Shown here one piece after another: positions 17,872 through 27,926 of a DNA stretch of 40,582 bases. The translations under genes and the position numbers were made by a program. Numbering within the stretch: position 1 is the stretch's first letter; every line of letters starts with the position of its first letter. Origin of the DNA: an uncultured Schumannella sp. (GTDB taxonomy: Bacteria; Actinomycetota; Actinomycetes; Actinomycetales; Microbacteriaceae); contig CAZCEE010000001.1 of the NCBI GenBank assembly GCA_964497165.1, forward strand, positions 1 to 40,582, written 5' to 3'. The notes below the pieces were generated by a model. The model worked only from the letters and a program-made list of their open reading frames with translations. It was not told the origin of the DNA and ran no database searches.

Positions 17872-20685
17872 TTGATCCCCCGCCTGATCAGAATCGTCGC
17901 TCGGATGTCCATCGTGGAGCGGGTGACGATTGGCATGGTGATTGTGATGCCGCTCGTGCTGGGGGGAGCGCTGGCCGTTGCCGTGCTGCTGGGGTTTCGA
18001 GTTCTGGCCGCGGAGATCTTCCTCATCTACTACCTGGTGACTCTCCTTGTCGGCGTCATCGCTGTTTCAACGCGACTGCGGCGGTGGCGCCGATTCCGTC
18101 GCGAACAGGATTCGCTCACGGAAGCGAGCCTTCTCGCGGAACCGCTGAGCGACCTGCCCCTTTCGTGGCTGGGAATGACAGCAGGGCAACTCGACCGCGC
18201 GCGCGTCGTCCGCGCCAGCGCTGCGCTCCCGGCTGCATCGATCTTCGCGTTCGGCGCTCGAAGCCGGTCGACGTGGATCCGTGAGGTGTACGCGCACTCG
18301 GCAACTCGGGGCCGCCTCGGCTTCGCCGAATTGATGGCGGCCGTGAGAGCGGGTCAGCAAGATCCGAGCATCGCCGCGCTCAGCATCGGGCGCCCCGATC
18401 CCGCTCTCCTTCTTTCTCTCGCGCGGCTGCTCATGTCGCAGGCGAGAACACTCGAAGACCTGCAGGTCGCCTACGGCTTCGTGGAGTACCTCGGAAAGCT
18501 GGCTCCGCTCTCCAACCTCTCCCAAGCGAATCAGGTCATGCTCGCCGAGCGCCTCATCCTCAGTGGTCGCGCCGACCTCGGGCGACCACTCGTCGAGCGC
18601 TGGTCGTCCGACGGACTCGTCGAATCGATGCTTGCGGCCGACATCCTCAACCCCATCAACGGCGGGGACGAAGGCGTGTGGCTGGCGGCCTTCAACACCG
18701 TTCATCACGTCTATGGTCTCGAGCCAGTGACCCTCAGGGAGGCGGGAAGCACGCCGTACGACCGACTCGACGCGACGGTGCCCGACCGGATCGAGAGTGG
18801 GCCGCTCGTGTCCATCGTCATGTCCGCATTCCGTCCCCATGAGGGCTTGTTCACCGCCATCCGGTCTTTGTTGGCACAGACCTGGCGGAACTGGGAACTG
18901 CTCGTCATGGATGACGGCTCGGGCCCCGCTTTCGACGCGGTTTTCGCGAAGGTGAAGAAGTTGGACCCGCGCATCCGAGTCATCCGGTCGGACGACAACC
19001 GCGGCACCTACGTGCGTCGCAATGAGGGCATCCTCGCCGCGCGGGGGGAGTTCGTGACGATGCACGACTCAGACGACTGGGCCCACCCGCGCCGGATCGA
19101 GATCCAGGCTCGGCACTTGTTGGCGCATCCGGAGGCGTTGGCCAACACCAGCGCGTCCCTGAGGATGTCGGAGGATTTGATGTTCGTGCAGCCGCGCGGT
19201 ACAAAATTGCGGCTCACGGAGACATCGCTTCTCTTTAGAAGGGACATCGTGACCCGCCGCGTCGGCTTCTACGACTCGCTGCGTAAGGCGGCGGATAGCG
19301 AGTTCCGGCTCCGACTCGAGGCGGCCGTTGGCGTGCCGATACCGTTCCTCGAGGACGCGGGTCCCCTCTCCCTTGTGCGTTACTCCCGTGACTCGCTGAG
19401 CGGCACCGAACTCGGCGATGGCTGGATGCACCCCGCGCGTCTGACCTACCGGAGCGCCTATCGGCACTGGCATCGCAAGATCGTCGAGGGCGCAGCCGAC
19501 GCCTACCTGGCCTACCCGCTGCACCAGCGCCCCTTTCCCGCGCACCGCCACCTTCTCGGTCTGCCTGCGGAACCGTGGTCGACTGACGTGCTGCTCGTTC
19601 TCGATGGCCGGGTGGGCGCGAATCCCGCCGGCCACCTCGATCGGGTCGTCCACGAGATCATCGCGGTGCTCGACGCGGGCCGAACGGTCACGTTGTTCCA
19701 TATCGATTCGCTTGATGCCGATCGTTCGATCGGCGAACTCGACGAGAGCCTTCAGGCCCTCGTCAGCACAGGTACCGTTCGGTTTGCCATCCCGCAGGAC
19801 CAGGTCCACGCCGCTATCGTGGTCGTCCGCGACGCTTCCGTACTGCAGGGGATTGCTTCCGAGGAGTCGGGTGTGACGACTGAACGGGTCGTCCTGGTCG
19901 AGGATGGGGTCTCCGGCCGCGACAGGTTCGGCGTCAACTTCACCTGGAGCGATGTCGATGAGGTGGCGCGCGCACGATTCGGACGCGAGCCCGAGCATAT
20001 GCGCGTGCGGTCTTCGGTCGACCTGGTGCGCGTGCTCTTGGAGTCCATCGATGACGACCCGACGCGACGGTCCAATCCCGACGAACTGCGCCTCGACGGC
20101 GAGACGGAGGCCAGCACCTTCCCGCAGATGCCGGCCGGAGCCTCCGCAGTCGTCGAGCTTGTCGGTGAACTCGGCGAGTGTCCCGCTGTCGCGGTCTTCG
20201 GGGCAGGTGACACCGCGTCATGGATCGCCGCGGCGTCGCGTCTGACCGGCACGAGGATCGACCTGCACGCGATCGAGGATGACCCCGTGCGCGCTGATGC
20301 AGTGCGGAGCCAGCTCGCGGACGTCGTCGACGCCGCCATTGGGACGGTCAGAGTCGCGCCCGTCATTGGCCGCGGAGTGACCCGCTGGTATGACCCGGAC
20401 GCGTGGTCGGACCTTTCCGGAATCGACCTCGCGGTGGTGCGGTGCGGAGGGGCGGGAGATGTTCCCGCGGTCTCCGCCTTCGCGCGGCTTCGCGGCTCGC
20501 TCGGGCCGGGTGCCCATCTCGTCCTTGAGGACACCGCCGGTGACGGTTTGGAGGTCATCCGGGTGTGGCTCGCTGACGATATCGAGGGCGTGCTCGAGGT
20601 TGTACGTACCGTGGAGCGCACAACCATATTCCGGTACCGCCATCCCGTGGGACCCGGCAGAAACCCCTATCGCGAGGCGAGCTGA
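17872..20685 (+). CDS. Large multidomain GT2 glycosyltransferase with N-terminal TMs and C-terminal methyltransferase-like domain
   Basis: Central GT2 (PLVSIVMSAF, ELLVMDDGS, GTYVRRN, TMHDSDDWAHP, DSEFRLR). Start placed at TTG 17872 after AAAGGAA; the ORF is open from 17809. Confidence 0.8.
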   Translation: MIPRLIRIVARMSIVERVTIGMVIVMPLVLGGALAVAVLLGFRVLAAEIFLIYYLVTLLVGVIAVSTRLRRWRRFRREQDSLTEASLLAEPLSDLPLSWLGMTAGQLDRARVVRASAALPAASIFAFGARSRSTWIREVYAHSATRGRLGFAELMAAVRAGQQDPSIAALSIGRPDPALLLSLARLLMSQARTLEDLQVAYGFVEYLGKLAPLSNLSQANQVMLAERLILSGRADLGRPLVERWSSDGLVESMLAADILNPINGGDEGVWLAAFNTVHHVYGLEPVTLREAGSTPYDRLDATVPDRIESGPLVSIVMSAFRPHEGLFTAIRSLLAQTWRNWELLVMDDGSGPAFDAVFAKVKKLDPRIRVIRSDDNRGTYVRRNEGILAARGEFVTMHDSDDWAHPRRIEIQARHLLAHPEALANTSASLRMSEDLMFVQPRGTKLRLTETSLLFRRDIVTRRVGFYDSLRKAADSEFRLRLEAAVGVPIPFLEDAGPLSLVRYSRDSLSGTELGDGWMHPARLTYRSAYRHWHRKIVEGAADAYLAYPLHQRPFPAHRHLLGLPAEPWSTDVLLVLDGRVGANPAGHLDRVVHEIIAVLDAGRTVTLFHIDSLDADRSIGELDESLQALVSTGTVRFAIPQDQVHAAIVVVRDASVLQGIASEESGVTTERVVLVEDGVSGRDRFGVNFTWSDVDEVARARFGREPEHMRVRSSVDLVRVLLESIDDDPTRRSNPDELRLDGETEASTFPQMPAGASAVVELVGELGECPAVAVFGAGDTASWIAAASRLTGTRIDLHAIEDDPVRADAVRSQLADVVDAAIGTVRVAPVIGRGVTRWYDPDAWSDLSGIDLAVVRCGGAGDVPAVSAFARLRGSLGPGAHLVLEDTAGDGLEVIRVWLADDIEGVLEVVRTVERTTIFRYRHPVGPGRNPYREAS

Positions 20686-21941
20686 CGTAGACGGGTTGCG
20701 ACCCGGGGCACATGCCGTTCGAGGAAACCTACGAGGCGGCTCGGAATACTCGGGCTCGGCGGCTGAAGGTTACCGGCGCGCTCACGCGCATCGGCCGTCT
20801 CTCGCCACCGCGCGCGGAGCTGGGCATCGTCGACCGGGGTGGCGGCGAGGTTGGCGGCCCGACGCAGGGATTCGGGCGTGAGTTCGGATACCGTCAGGAG
20901 CCGTGGCGCGAACCCGGCAACCTCCGCCAGCTCCCACCCGTCCGGCTCACCTACCGCGATCGCGACGTCCCAGATGCGGTGCCCCCGTGCTGAGAGGACC
21001 GGGTCGCGACCTGCGCTCCCGATCACGGTGAGGCGCACACCCTCGATGCCAGAGACGATCGCCGACTTGGCGCCCGCCACCACGATGCGTGGTGTCTCAT
21101 CGTCACGTACGAGACTGTCCGCGAACACGTCGACGGCATCCGCTCCGGCGTGCAAGTACCGGTACACCAGCGCGGGGTAGTCCGGGTGGCGCCGACGCAG
21201 CAGCCGCTCATGCCGCGCTCGTAGCTTCACGCGCTGCGGTGGGGAAAAGCTTTGCCCCGCCTGGTGAAAGACGAGCGCGCGATGCGCGAGCACTGACAGC
21301 ACGCCGTGTCTGCGCATGCGCAGACAGAAGTCGTTCTCCTCCCCGTAACCCGGGGCGAAAGCGTCGTCGAAAAGACCGAACCGTTCGATGAGGTCGCCGC
21401 GGACCAGAAAGCAGAAGCCCATGGCGACCGGTACGACGCTGAATCGCGGCAAGCGTTCGCGTAGCGCGGCGTGCACTTCGGCGGTGCGTTCCGGAGTGCG
21501 AGGACGGTCGGGATCGCGCTGCCGGAATGGCAGGCTCGCTATCGTCGCGTTGTCGCTCCGCGGGCAGACGATCCCGTGCTCAGGCGCGGCTGCAAGAACG
21601 CCCGCCAGTTCGTCGAGCCAACCTGCAGTCGGAACCGCGTCGCTGTTGAGGAGCAGGATGTCACGCCCGGGCGGGGCAAGTTCTGTCGCTGCTCGATTGC
21701 AGGTCCCGACGAACCCGAGGTTGCGTGCGTTGCGGGCGTAGGAGAACCCGGGACGTTCGGCGACGAGTGCGACAAGATCCGACTCGATGCCATCGGCGTC
21801 CGGGCCGCAGTCGTTGACGAACAGCACGGAGTCGATCGTCGTGTCCACCGTTTCAACGAGGGCGTCGGCACACCGGCGGAGTTCCGCTCGTGCCCCGTAG
21901 ACGGGGACGACGACAAGGATCGGGCGCCGTGACGCCGTCAC
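20667..21941 (-). CDS. GT2 glycosyltransferase (rhamnosyltransferase-like)
   Basis: VVVPVY, VNDCGPD, NLGFVGTCN, LLLNSD, GFCFLVR, FDDAFAPGYGEENDFCLR. Confidence 0.88.
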   Translation of the reverse strand: MTASRRPILVVVPVYGARAELRRCADALVETVDTTIDSVLFVNDCGPDADGIESDLVALVAERPGFSYARNARNLGFVGTCNRAATELAPPGRDILLLNSDAVPTAGWLDELAGVLAAAPEHGIVCPRSDNATIASLPFRQRDPDRPRTPERTAEVHAALRERLPRFSVVPVAMGFCFLVRGDLIERFGLFDDAFAPGYGEENDFCLRMRRHGVLSVLAHRALVFHQAGQSFSPPQRVKLRARHERLLRRRHPDYPALVYRYLHAGADAVDVFADSLVRDDETPRIVVAGAKSAIVSGIEGVRLTVIGSAGRDPVLSARGHRIWDVAIAVGEPDGWELAEVAGFAPRLLTVSELTPESLRRAANLAATPVDDAQLRARWRETADARERAGNLQPPSPSIPSRLVGFLERHVPRVATRLRQLASR

Positions 21942-23296
21942 GAGCGCCGGAGGCGACGCCGAATCGCGGCGACCGGGTTCCGCAGGAAGTTGCGTCCGCG
22001 CGCCAGCAGCCTGCTCCAGAGGTAGGACATGGTGATCGAGTTCCCGGGGTTGTTGGCGATCAGCGCCGGCAGTCCGAACCAGAACTGTGCCACGTGTGGA
22101 AGACGGTAGACCGCAGTCGAGGCGGCCACGTCCTTGAGAAGTTCGATTGCCCGTTGATTGCCGTGCTGGCCGCCCTGCGTCGCCTTCGCGGACGCCGCCG
22201 CTGCGAGCGAGTGTTGCGCGACCAGCTCCGGCTTCTCGGCATACCGAGCGAGCTGGTCCGCCAGCGTCGCGATGTCGTCGCCGTCGAACAGATAGCCGTT
22301 GGTGCCGGGTTCTACCAGCTCAGTGCTCCCACCGGCGCGTGTTGCGAGGACGGGCTTACCCAAAGTGAGGTACTCGAGAGTTGTGCGCCCGAAAGCCTCG
22401 TTGTTGGATGGGGTAACGCAGATGTCGGCCGCGGCGACATAGGGGAAGGGGTTCGACTGCTCTCCGGCGAAAGTCACGTGATCCTCGACGCCATGGGCGC
22501 GCGCGCGACGAAGCAGCTTGAGGTCGTGATCGATCTCCATCTTGGCCCCGACGAAGCAGACGCTTGCAGTGACCCCTCTCAGCTTTAGCTCGCCGATTGC
22601 GTTGACGACGCGCCACTGTCCTTTGGACGGGGCGAGCCGTCCGACGACGGTGATCTTGAGGCCGGGGTCGGCCTGAGGGAAGGGGACGACGTCCGGGGTC
22701 GCGGCCGCCTTGTCGGGGAGGTCGGGCACGTCGAGCTGCGGGTAGGTGACGAAGATCTTGGATTCCGGCACGTAGGCGCTGATGTGCGTGCGGATCGCCT
22801 TCGAGTTAGTGAACACGGCCTCGGATAGCAGCCCGATGTCCTGGAAGGTCTCGGCCCTCCCGTGCTGAAAGTGCAGGCCATGGTCGAGGTCGCCGTACTC
22901 GCGCACGAACCAGACGTGCGGGATGCCGAGCGTTTTCGCAGCGAACGCACCCCACGGGGCAACGAGAGTGTTAGTCACGACCAGGTCGGGTGGGCGCTTG
23001 CCCATCACTCGTACGATTTCAGCCGTCGCGGCATAGTCATCGCGCGCGAAGTAGGCGAGTTCGGCCGGGCGCGGGTTCTTGAGGGTGATCGCCCACCCCC
23101 GGAACCTGAAGGAGGCGTATTTCCACCCGCGTTGTTCGAGTGCGACGACGAACTGCCCGTGCGGTGCCTTCGTGATGAAGAACGGCTCGAAGTCGGGGTC
23201 GCTGGACTGCCAGTCCTCGACGAGCTTGATCATCGACCGTTCGGCCCCGCCCAGATGGTCGGGCGCCGAGCTGTGGTTGACGAAGTAGACCAGCAC
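21938..23296 (-). CDS. GT4 glycosyltransferase
   Basis: GGAERSM, HVWFVRE, VGRLAPSKGQ, PSNNEAFGRTTLEY (EX7E), GTNGYLF. Confidence 0.9.
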   Translation of the reverse strand: MLVYFVNHSSAPDHLGGAERSMIKLVEDWQSSDPDFEPFFITKAPHGQFVVALEQRGWKYASFRFRGWAITLKNPRPAELAYFARDDYAATAEIVRVMGKRPPDLVVTNTLVAPWGAFAAKTLGIPHVWFVREYGDLDHGLHFQHGRAETFQDIGLLSEAVFTNSKAIRTHISAYVPESKIFVTYPQLDVPDLPDKAAATPDVVPFPQADPGLKITVVGRLAPSKGQWRVVNAIGELKLRGVTASVCFVGAKMEIDHDLKLLRRARAHGVEDHVTFAGEQSNPFPYVAAADICVTPSNNEAFGRTTLEYLTLGKPVLATRAGGSTELVEPGTNGYLFDGDDIATLADQLARYAEKPELVAQHSLAAAASAKATQGGQHGNQRAIELLKDVAASTAVYRLPHVAQFWFGLPALIANNPGNSITMSYLWSRLLARGRNFLRNPVAAIRRRLRRS

Positions 23297-23383
23297 GAGT
23301 GAGTACCCTATCGGCCCGGACGGCGCGAAGACTCAATGCCTGGTACGTAGACTTGCCGGGTTGCCTCGACCCGGAAGCCCACT

Positions 23384-24202
23384 ATGACCTACGCCAGGGA
23401 CTTGTTCGCGACGCGCGAGCTGCTCGGCAATCTCGTGCAGCGCGAGGTCAAAGGTAAGTATCGTCGGACAGTTCTTGGTCAGCTCTGGTCGCTGCTCAAC
23501 CCTCTCGCGACCATGGCGGTCTATACGGTCGTCTTTTCGTTCATCTTCCGCGCACGCCCTGCTGTCGGCGACCCCTCTGGGCTCGACATCTACCCACTCT
23601 GGCTGCTTTCCGGGCTGCTCGCCTGGACGTACTTCACGCGGGTGGTGACCGGCGGGCTCAGCTCAATCGTGTCCAACGCCGGGCTTATCAAGAAGGTCTA
23701 CTTCCCCCGCGCTCACCTGCCCTTCGCGGTAACGCTCTCGACGGGCTTCACGTGGCTGCTCGAACTCGGCGTTCTCGTGATCGTCCTGTGGGTCTTCGGA
23801 GGGTTCCCCATCCCTTGGATCCCGCTACTGGCGCTGTTCATGGTGTTGCTTGCGCTCTTCGCGACCGGGCTTGCGATGCTGCTCGCGATTCTCAACGTGC
23901 ACTTCCGTGACACGCAGCACTTCACCGCAATCGTCATGCAGATGTGGTTCTACCTCACCCCGGTGATCTACCCGGTCGATCTCGTCGAGCAGGCAGCTCG
24001 TGACTCGGGCGAATGGATCATCACGCTCTACCGCCTCAATCCACTTGAGCGGTTCGTCGCGGTCTTCCGCGATCTCCTCTACGACAACAACTGGCCGCCG
24101 ATAGAGGATGCGCTCGTGTGCGCTGCATGGGGCCTCGGCGCGTTCGCGATCGGGTACATCGTGTTCGTACGCAACGAGAAGAGATTGGCGGAGCTGTTGT
24201 GA
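23384..24202 (+). CDS. wzm: ABC-2 polysaccharide exporter permease
   Basis: KYRRTVLGQLWSLLNPL, LIKKVYFPR, FRDTQH, FYLTPVIYP, LNPL. Confidence 0.93.
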   Translation: MTYARDLFATRELLGNLVQREVKGKYRRTVLGQLWSLLNPLATMAVYTVVFSFIFRARPAVGDPSGLDIYPLWLLSGLLAWTYFTRVVTGGLSSIVSNAGLIKKVYFPRAHLPFAVTLSTGFTWLLELGVLVIVLWVFGGFPIPWIPLLALFMVLLALFATGLAMLLAILNVHFRDTQHFTAIVMQMWFYLTPVIYPVDLVEQAARDSGEWIITLYRLNPLERFVAVFRDLLYDNNWPPIEDALVCAAWGLGAFAIGYIVFVRNEKRLAELL

Positions 24203-24954
24203 CCGATCCTGTGGTCGTCGTCGACGGCGTCTCTAAACGGTTCCGCCTCTACAAGGAACGGAACTCATCGCTCAAGAGCGCCTTCATGCGGGGCCGCGCT
24301 TCAATCTACGAGGAGTTCTGGGCGGTGCGTGACGTGTCGTTCGAGGTGCCGCGCGGCACGACCCTGGCGTTGATCGGGCGGAACGGTTCCGGCAAGTCGA
24401 CGCTTCTCAAGACGCTCGCCCGCATCCTTCACCCGGACGAGGGCACGATCACGATCAACGGGCGCGTCGCGTCGTTGCTTGAGGTGGGATCAGGGTTTCA
24501 CCCGGAGCTCTCCGGCCGCGAGAACATCTATCTCAACGGCTCAATCCTCGGCATGTCGCGCAAGGAAATCGACCGTCGCTTCGATGAGATCGTCGACTTC
24601 AGTGAGGTGCGCAAGTTCATCGACCAGCCGGTGAAGAACTACTCCTCGGGGATGTACGTTCGGCTGGGCTTTTCGGTGGCGGTGCACGTCAGCCCTGACA
24701 TCTTGATCGTCGACGAAGTGCTCGCCGTGGGCGACCAAGCCTTCAAGACCAAGTCGAAGCGAAAGTTCGCGGAGTTCCAAAAGGAAGGCCGCACCATCAT
24801 CCTGGTGTCACACTCCATGGCACAGGTTCGGGCACTCAGCGATCAGGTGGTTTGGCTCGACCAGGGCAGGGTGCGTAGCATCGGCGAAACCGAAAAGGTC
24901 GTGAGTGAGTATCTCGCCCACATCGGCGAAGTCGAGGATCTCGACGACGTGTGA
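24199..24954 (+). CDS. wzt: ABC polysaccharide exporter ATPase, no C-terminal carbohydrate-binding domain
   Basis: GRNGSGKST, GFHPELSGREN, YSSGM, DEVLAVGD, VSH; GTGA overlap with wzm. Confidence 0.93.
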   Translation: MTDPVVVVDGVSKRFRLYKERNSSLKSAFMRGRASIYEEFWAVRDVSFEVPRGTTLALIGRNGSGKSTLLKTLARILHPDEGTITINGRVASLLEVGSGFHPELSGRENIYLNGSILGMSRKEIDRRFDEIVDFSEVRKFIDQPVKNYSSGMYVRLGFSVAVHVSPDILIVDEVLAVGDQAFKTKSKRKFAEFQKEGRTIILVSHSMAQVRALSDQVVWLDQGRVRSIGETEKVVSEYLAHIGEVEDLDDV

Positions 24955-24990
24955 TTCGCGCGTGACCCTCTGCTCTTCTGGAAGGAAACC

Positions 24991-26499
24991 TTGAGCACCA
25001 CCGCCCGGCTCGGCTCCGCCGCCTCCCGATCGCGGTGGAGTTCGCCCCTGCGTCACCCGTCGGCCCCCCTGGTCGCTTTCGTGGGGGTTCTGGTTCTGGC
25101 CTACGGCTTCGAGATATTCTCCTTCAACCTGACGCTCGATGAGGAGCTGTTTGGGGCCGGGTACCTCAACTCCGGGTCGTGGGTGGAGGAAGGGCGCTGG
25201 GCAATGGCGGCGCTGTCGCTGCTCATCCCGTCGCCGGTGACCCCCGTCGTGTCGACGGCGATCGGGGTTGTTCTGTCCGGCGCCGCATGGTGGCTGATCG
25301 CACGCCGGTTCCTGCTCCTGCCCGCCTGGCCGGCGGCTTTCGCGGCATCGCTTGCCGGCACCGTCCCGGTTGTCGCGTTCATCATGTCGTTCTCAACGAT
25401 CGCCTACGGCGTGGGGGTCGGAAACCTGCTCCTGTTCGCCTTCGTCTGGGGGCTTCAGTCGCGATCCTGGATGGGACGCGCCGGAGGCGCCCTCGCCCTC
25501 GCTGCTGCCGTCGGTGTGTACGACCCGTTCGCCGCCGCCGGTGCTGCGCTCGTGATCGCGCTTGTGCTCAAGCATCCGAGTCTCCGCACCGTCCTGCTCG
25601 GGATCGCGTCGCTGGCCGGTGCGCTGCTGGCCTCTCGTCTCCTGGGCTGGGCGCTCCTCGCGGTCACCGGCCTCACACCGTCGGAGCACATTGTCGGGCG
25701 TGTCGACTTGGCCGGTCTCGCCGAAGAGCCGCTCGCGCGGACACGGGTGGCGATCTCGAACGTCTGGCACACGATCACTCTTTCGACCGACCTGTTCGGG
25801 TTGCACTCGCCGTGGCTTGCGATCGTCGTGACCATCCTGGGGACTGCCGCGATCGTGGGGGCGCTACGCGCCGGGCCCGCCCGTCGCCGGGTGCTGCGGA
25901 TCGCCGCTCTACTCGGCCTCGCGCTCATCCCGGTGGTCGTCGAGATGCTCTCGCCGGACGGAGTCCGCTTGCGCGCGATGGTCTACGTTCCGGTCATCAT
26001 CCTTGTCCTCTCCTGGGCAGCCGGACGCGGAATTCGCGCATTGCCGAGCTCCCGGGCGCGACTGTTCCGGCCGATCGTCGCAGTGCTCGTCGTTCTTGCG
26101 ATCGTCGGGTCGTCGATGATCTCCAACCGGCTGTTCGCGAGCGCGGCGACCACCTATGCGCTCGATCAGCGCATCGCCTTCCTCATCTCCTTTGAGAAGG
26201 ACCGTTTCGTCCCCAACACCCGCACAACACTCCCGCTCGTCGTCGGCGGCACGCATGACTGGCCCGGCACCGAACTACGGTTCCGGCGGGAGACCCTCGG
26301 GGCCTCCTTCTTCTCCCGCCCGTCCGACCGGTCGGTGCGCATCGTCGATTTCCTTCGCAGCGAGGGCATCTGGGTCCGAGTGGCGACACCGTCACAGACG
26401 GAAACCGGCAGGGAGACCCTGGAAGACATGCCTGTCTACCCGAACCCGGGGTGGGTAACCGTCGAAGACGGCATTCTTCTGGTGAAGTTCAGCGAGTAG
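24991..26499 (+). CDS. GtrII-like glucosyltransferase-domain membrane protein (putative GT-C)
   Basis: TLDEE acidic motif after TM1 followed by W...GRW; many TMs; C-terminal MPVYPNPGWV...LLVKF; TTG start after GGAAGGA. Confidence 0.7.
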   Translation: MSTTARLGSAASRSRWSSPLRHPSAPLVAFVGVLVLAYGFEIFSFNLTLDEELFGAGYLNSGSWVEEGRWAMAALSLLIPSPVTPVVSTAIGVVLSGAAWWLIARRFLLLPAWPAAFAASLAGTVPVVAFIMSFSTIAYGVGVGNLLLFAFVWGLQSRSWMGRAGGALALAAAVGVYDPFAAAGAALVIALVLKHPSLRTVLLGIASLAGALLASRLLGWALLAVTGLTPSEHIVGRVDLAGLAEEPLARTRVAISNVWHTITLSTDLFGLHSPWLAIVVTILGTAAIVGALRAGPARRRVLRIAALLGLALIPVVVEMLSPDGVRLRAMVYVPVIILVLSWAAGRGIRALPSSRARLFRPIVAVLVVLAIVGSSMISNRLFASAATTYALDQRIAFLISFEKDRFVPNTRTTLPLVVGGTHDWPGTELRFRRETLGASFFSRPSDRSVRIVDFLRSEGIWVRVATPSQTETGRETLEDMPVYPNPGWVTVEDGILLVKFSE

Positions 26500-27820
26500 T
26501 ACGCGGGATCACGGCCAGCAGGTCGCGTACGACGTCGGCCAGCGGGCGACCAAGAGTCCCGTCCGTTGGGAGCGAGTACTCGCCGCGGCCCGATCGCTCG
26601 GCTTCGTCGATTGCCGCCACAATCGCGTCGCCGAGCACCATGGGATGGGCTTCGACGGCCCGCAGCCGAGGGTGCAGTCCTTCGCGAGTGTGTTCGAACT
26701 CGTTGGTGATTGCGATCGCACCCGCGATCGCGGCCTCAAGCGGAGGGTGGCTCGGGTGTGGGCTGGCCTGCAGGGAGAGCGCGACGTGGGTGTGGCTCAA
26801 CAGATCGAAGTACTCGGTCCAGCTGAGGGTGCCGACGCTGCGCAACACGGCTCCGCCGGCGAGAGGCACATCTGGGTGTGCCTCGCCCGCCGAGATGAAC
26901 TCGATCGCTGACGCGCGGTCGCCCAGGCGGATCGTGGCGTGCTCGAGTGCAGCGACCCCGAGGTCGAAGAGGTTTCGCGGTTTGCCCGGGCGGCCGTAGA
27001 AGAAAACGCGGGTGGGATCGGCGGGCGCGAGCGCCCTCGAAAACGTTGTCGGGTCGGGGCGCAGGCGCTCCATCGCGAGGATTGGCGCAAAAACGCGAGA
27101 CTCGTCTATCGGGATGCCGACGCGATCGACGAGATACCGCCGAAGCGGAGTCGAATTGACGAGGAGGTGGAAGCCTGCTTCGTAGGTGTCACGAGCGACT
27201 GTCGACGGGGTCGACCACCCCGCGAAGCCGGGCTCGAAGTCTTGGACGAGGTAGATCACCCGGTCAGCCGAGATCCGACCGTCGTCCACTGCGACCTGTA
27301 CAGGATGCGCTGTAGTCCAGTGAGTCACGAGCCAGAGGTCATCGGGGTTGAAGGTCGTCTCCGCCACTTCGACGCGCGTGACGACCGTTAGGGGGCGGCC
27401 GGCAGTGGCCATCTCACGTTCGATCCGAGCGCCGTCCGTGCGGCTGATGCGCTCGCTGAGCGTGACGAGCCGCAAGCCGACGCCCGTGCCGCCCGCGACG
27501 GCGTTCGCAACATCGAGCGCTGTGCTCACTCCCGCAAACAACCGTGTCGGGTCAAACTCGCTCAGCACGAGGTTGACGCGTACAGGCGCAGCCGCCCGGA
27601 CGTCGATCGAGGCAAAGGCGAGAGCGGCTCCGCTCAATCGGCGGTGCACCCGTACCTCTGGCCGGGCACGCGACGCCTCGAGCGTCATCTGTGTGGTCTC
27701 AAGGCCCTGCCCGCCGGTGGCCGATCGAGCATGGTGGACGGCTGCGCGGAACGATGACGACGTCGCGAACAGTACGCAGAAGCGCACCAGATCGGTTGCG
27801 CCTCGGAGGGTTCGCGACAT
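26489..27820 (-). CDS. WsaF-like rhamnosyltransferase (GT-B)
   Basis: FAGVSTAL, THWTTA, IYLVQDFEPGF, FFYGRPGKPRNLF, LSLQASPHPSHPPLEAA; SD GGAGG before ATG 27820. Confidence 0.75.
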   Translation of the reverse strand: MSRTLRGATDLVRFCVLFATSSSFRAAVHHARSATGGQGLETTQMTLEASRARPEVRVHRRLSGAALAFASIDVRAAAPVRVNLVLSEFDPTRLFAGVSTALDVANAVAGGTGVGLRLVTLSERISRTDGARIEREMATAGRPLTVVTRVEVAETTFNPDDLWLVTHWTTAHPVQVAVDDGRISADRVIYLVQDFEPGFAGWSTPSTVARDTYEAGFHLLVNSTPLRRYLVDRVGIPIDESRVFAPILAMERLRPDPTTFSRALAPADPTRVFFYGRPGKPRNLFDLGVAALEHATIRLGDRASAIEFISAGEAHPDVPLAGGAVLRSVGTLSWTEYFDLLSHTHVALSLQASPHPSHPPLEAAIAGAIAITNEFEHTREGLHPRLRAVEAHPMVLGDAIVAAIDEAERSGRGEYSLPTDGTLGRPLADVVRDLLAVIPRTTR

Positions 27821-27926
27821 GCTCGAGCCTCCTGGGTGTTCTGGGTCCACGGGTGGCATTCAATCACGGGCTCAGATGTAGGCGAGGGCCGCCGAGTATC
27901 GCGCGCGCTCCTGTACTGTGCGGGTC

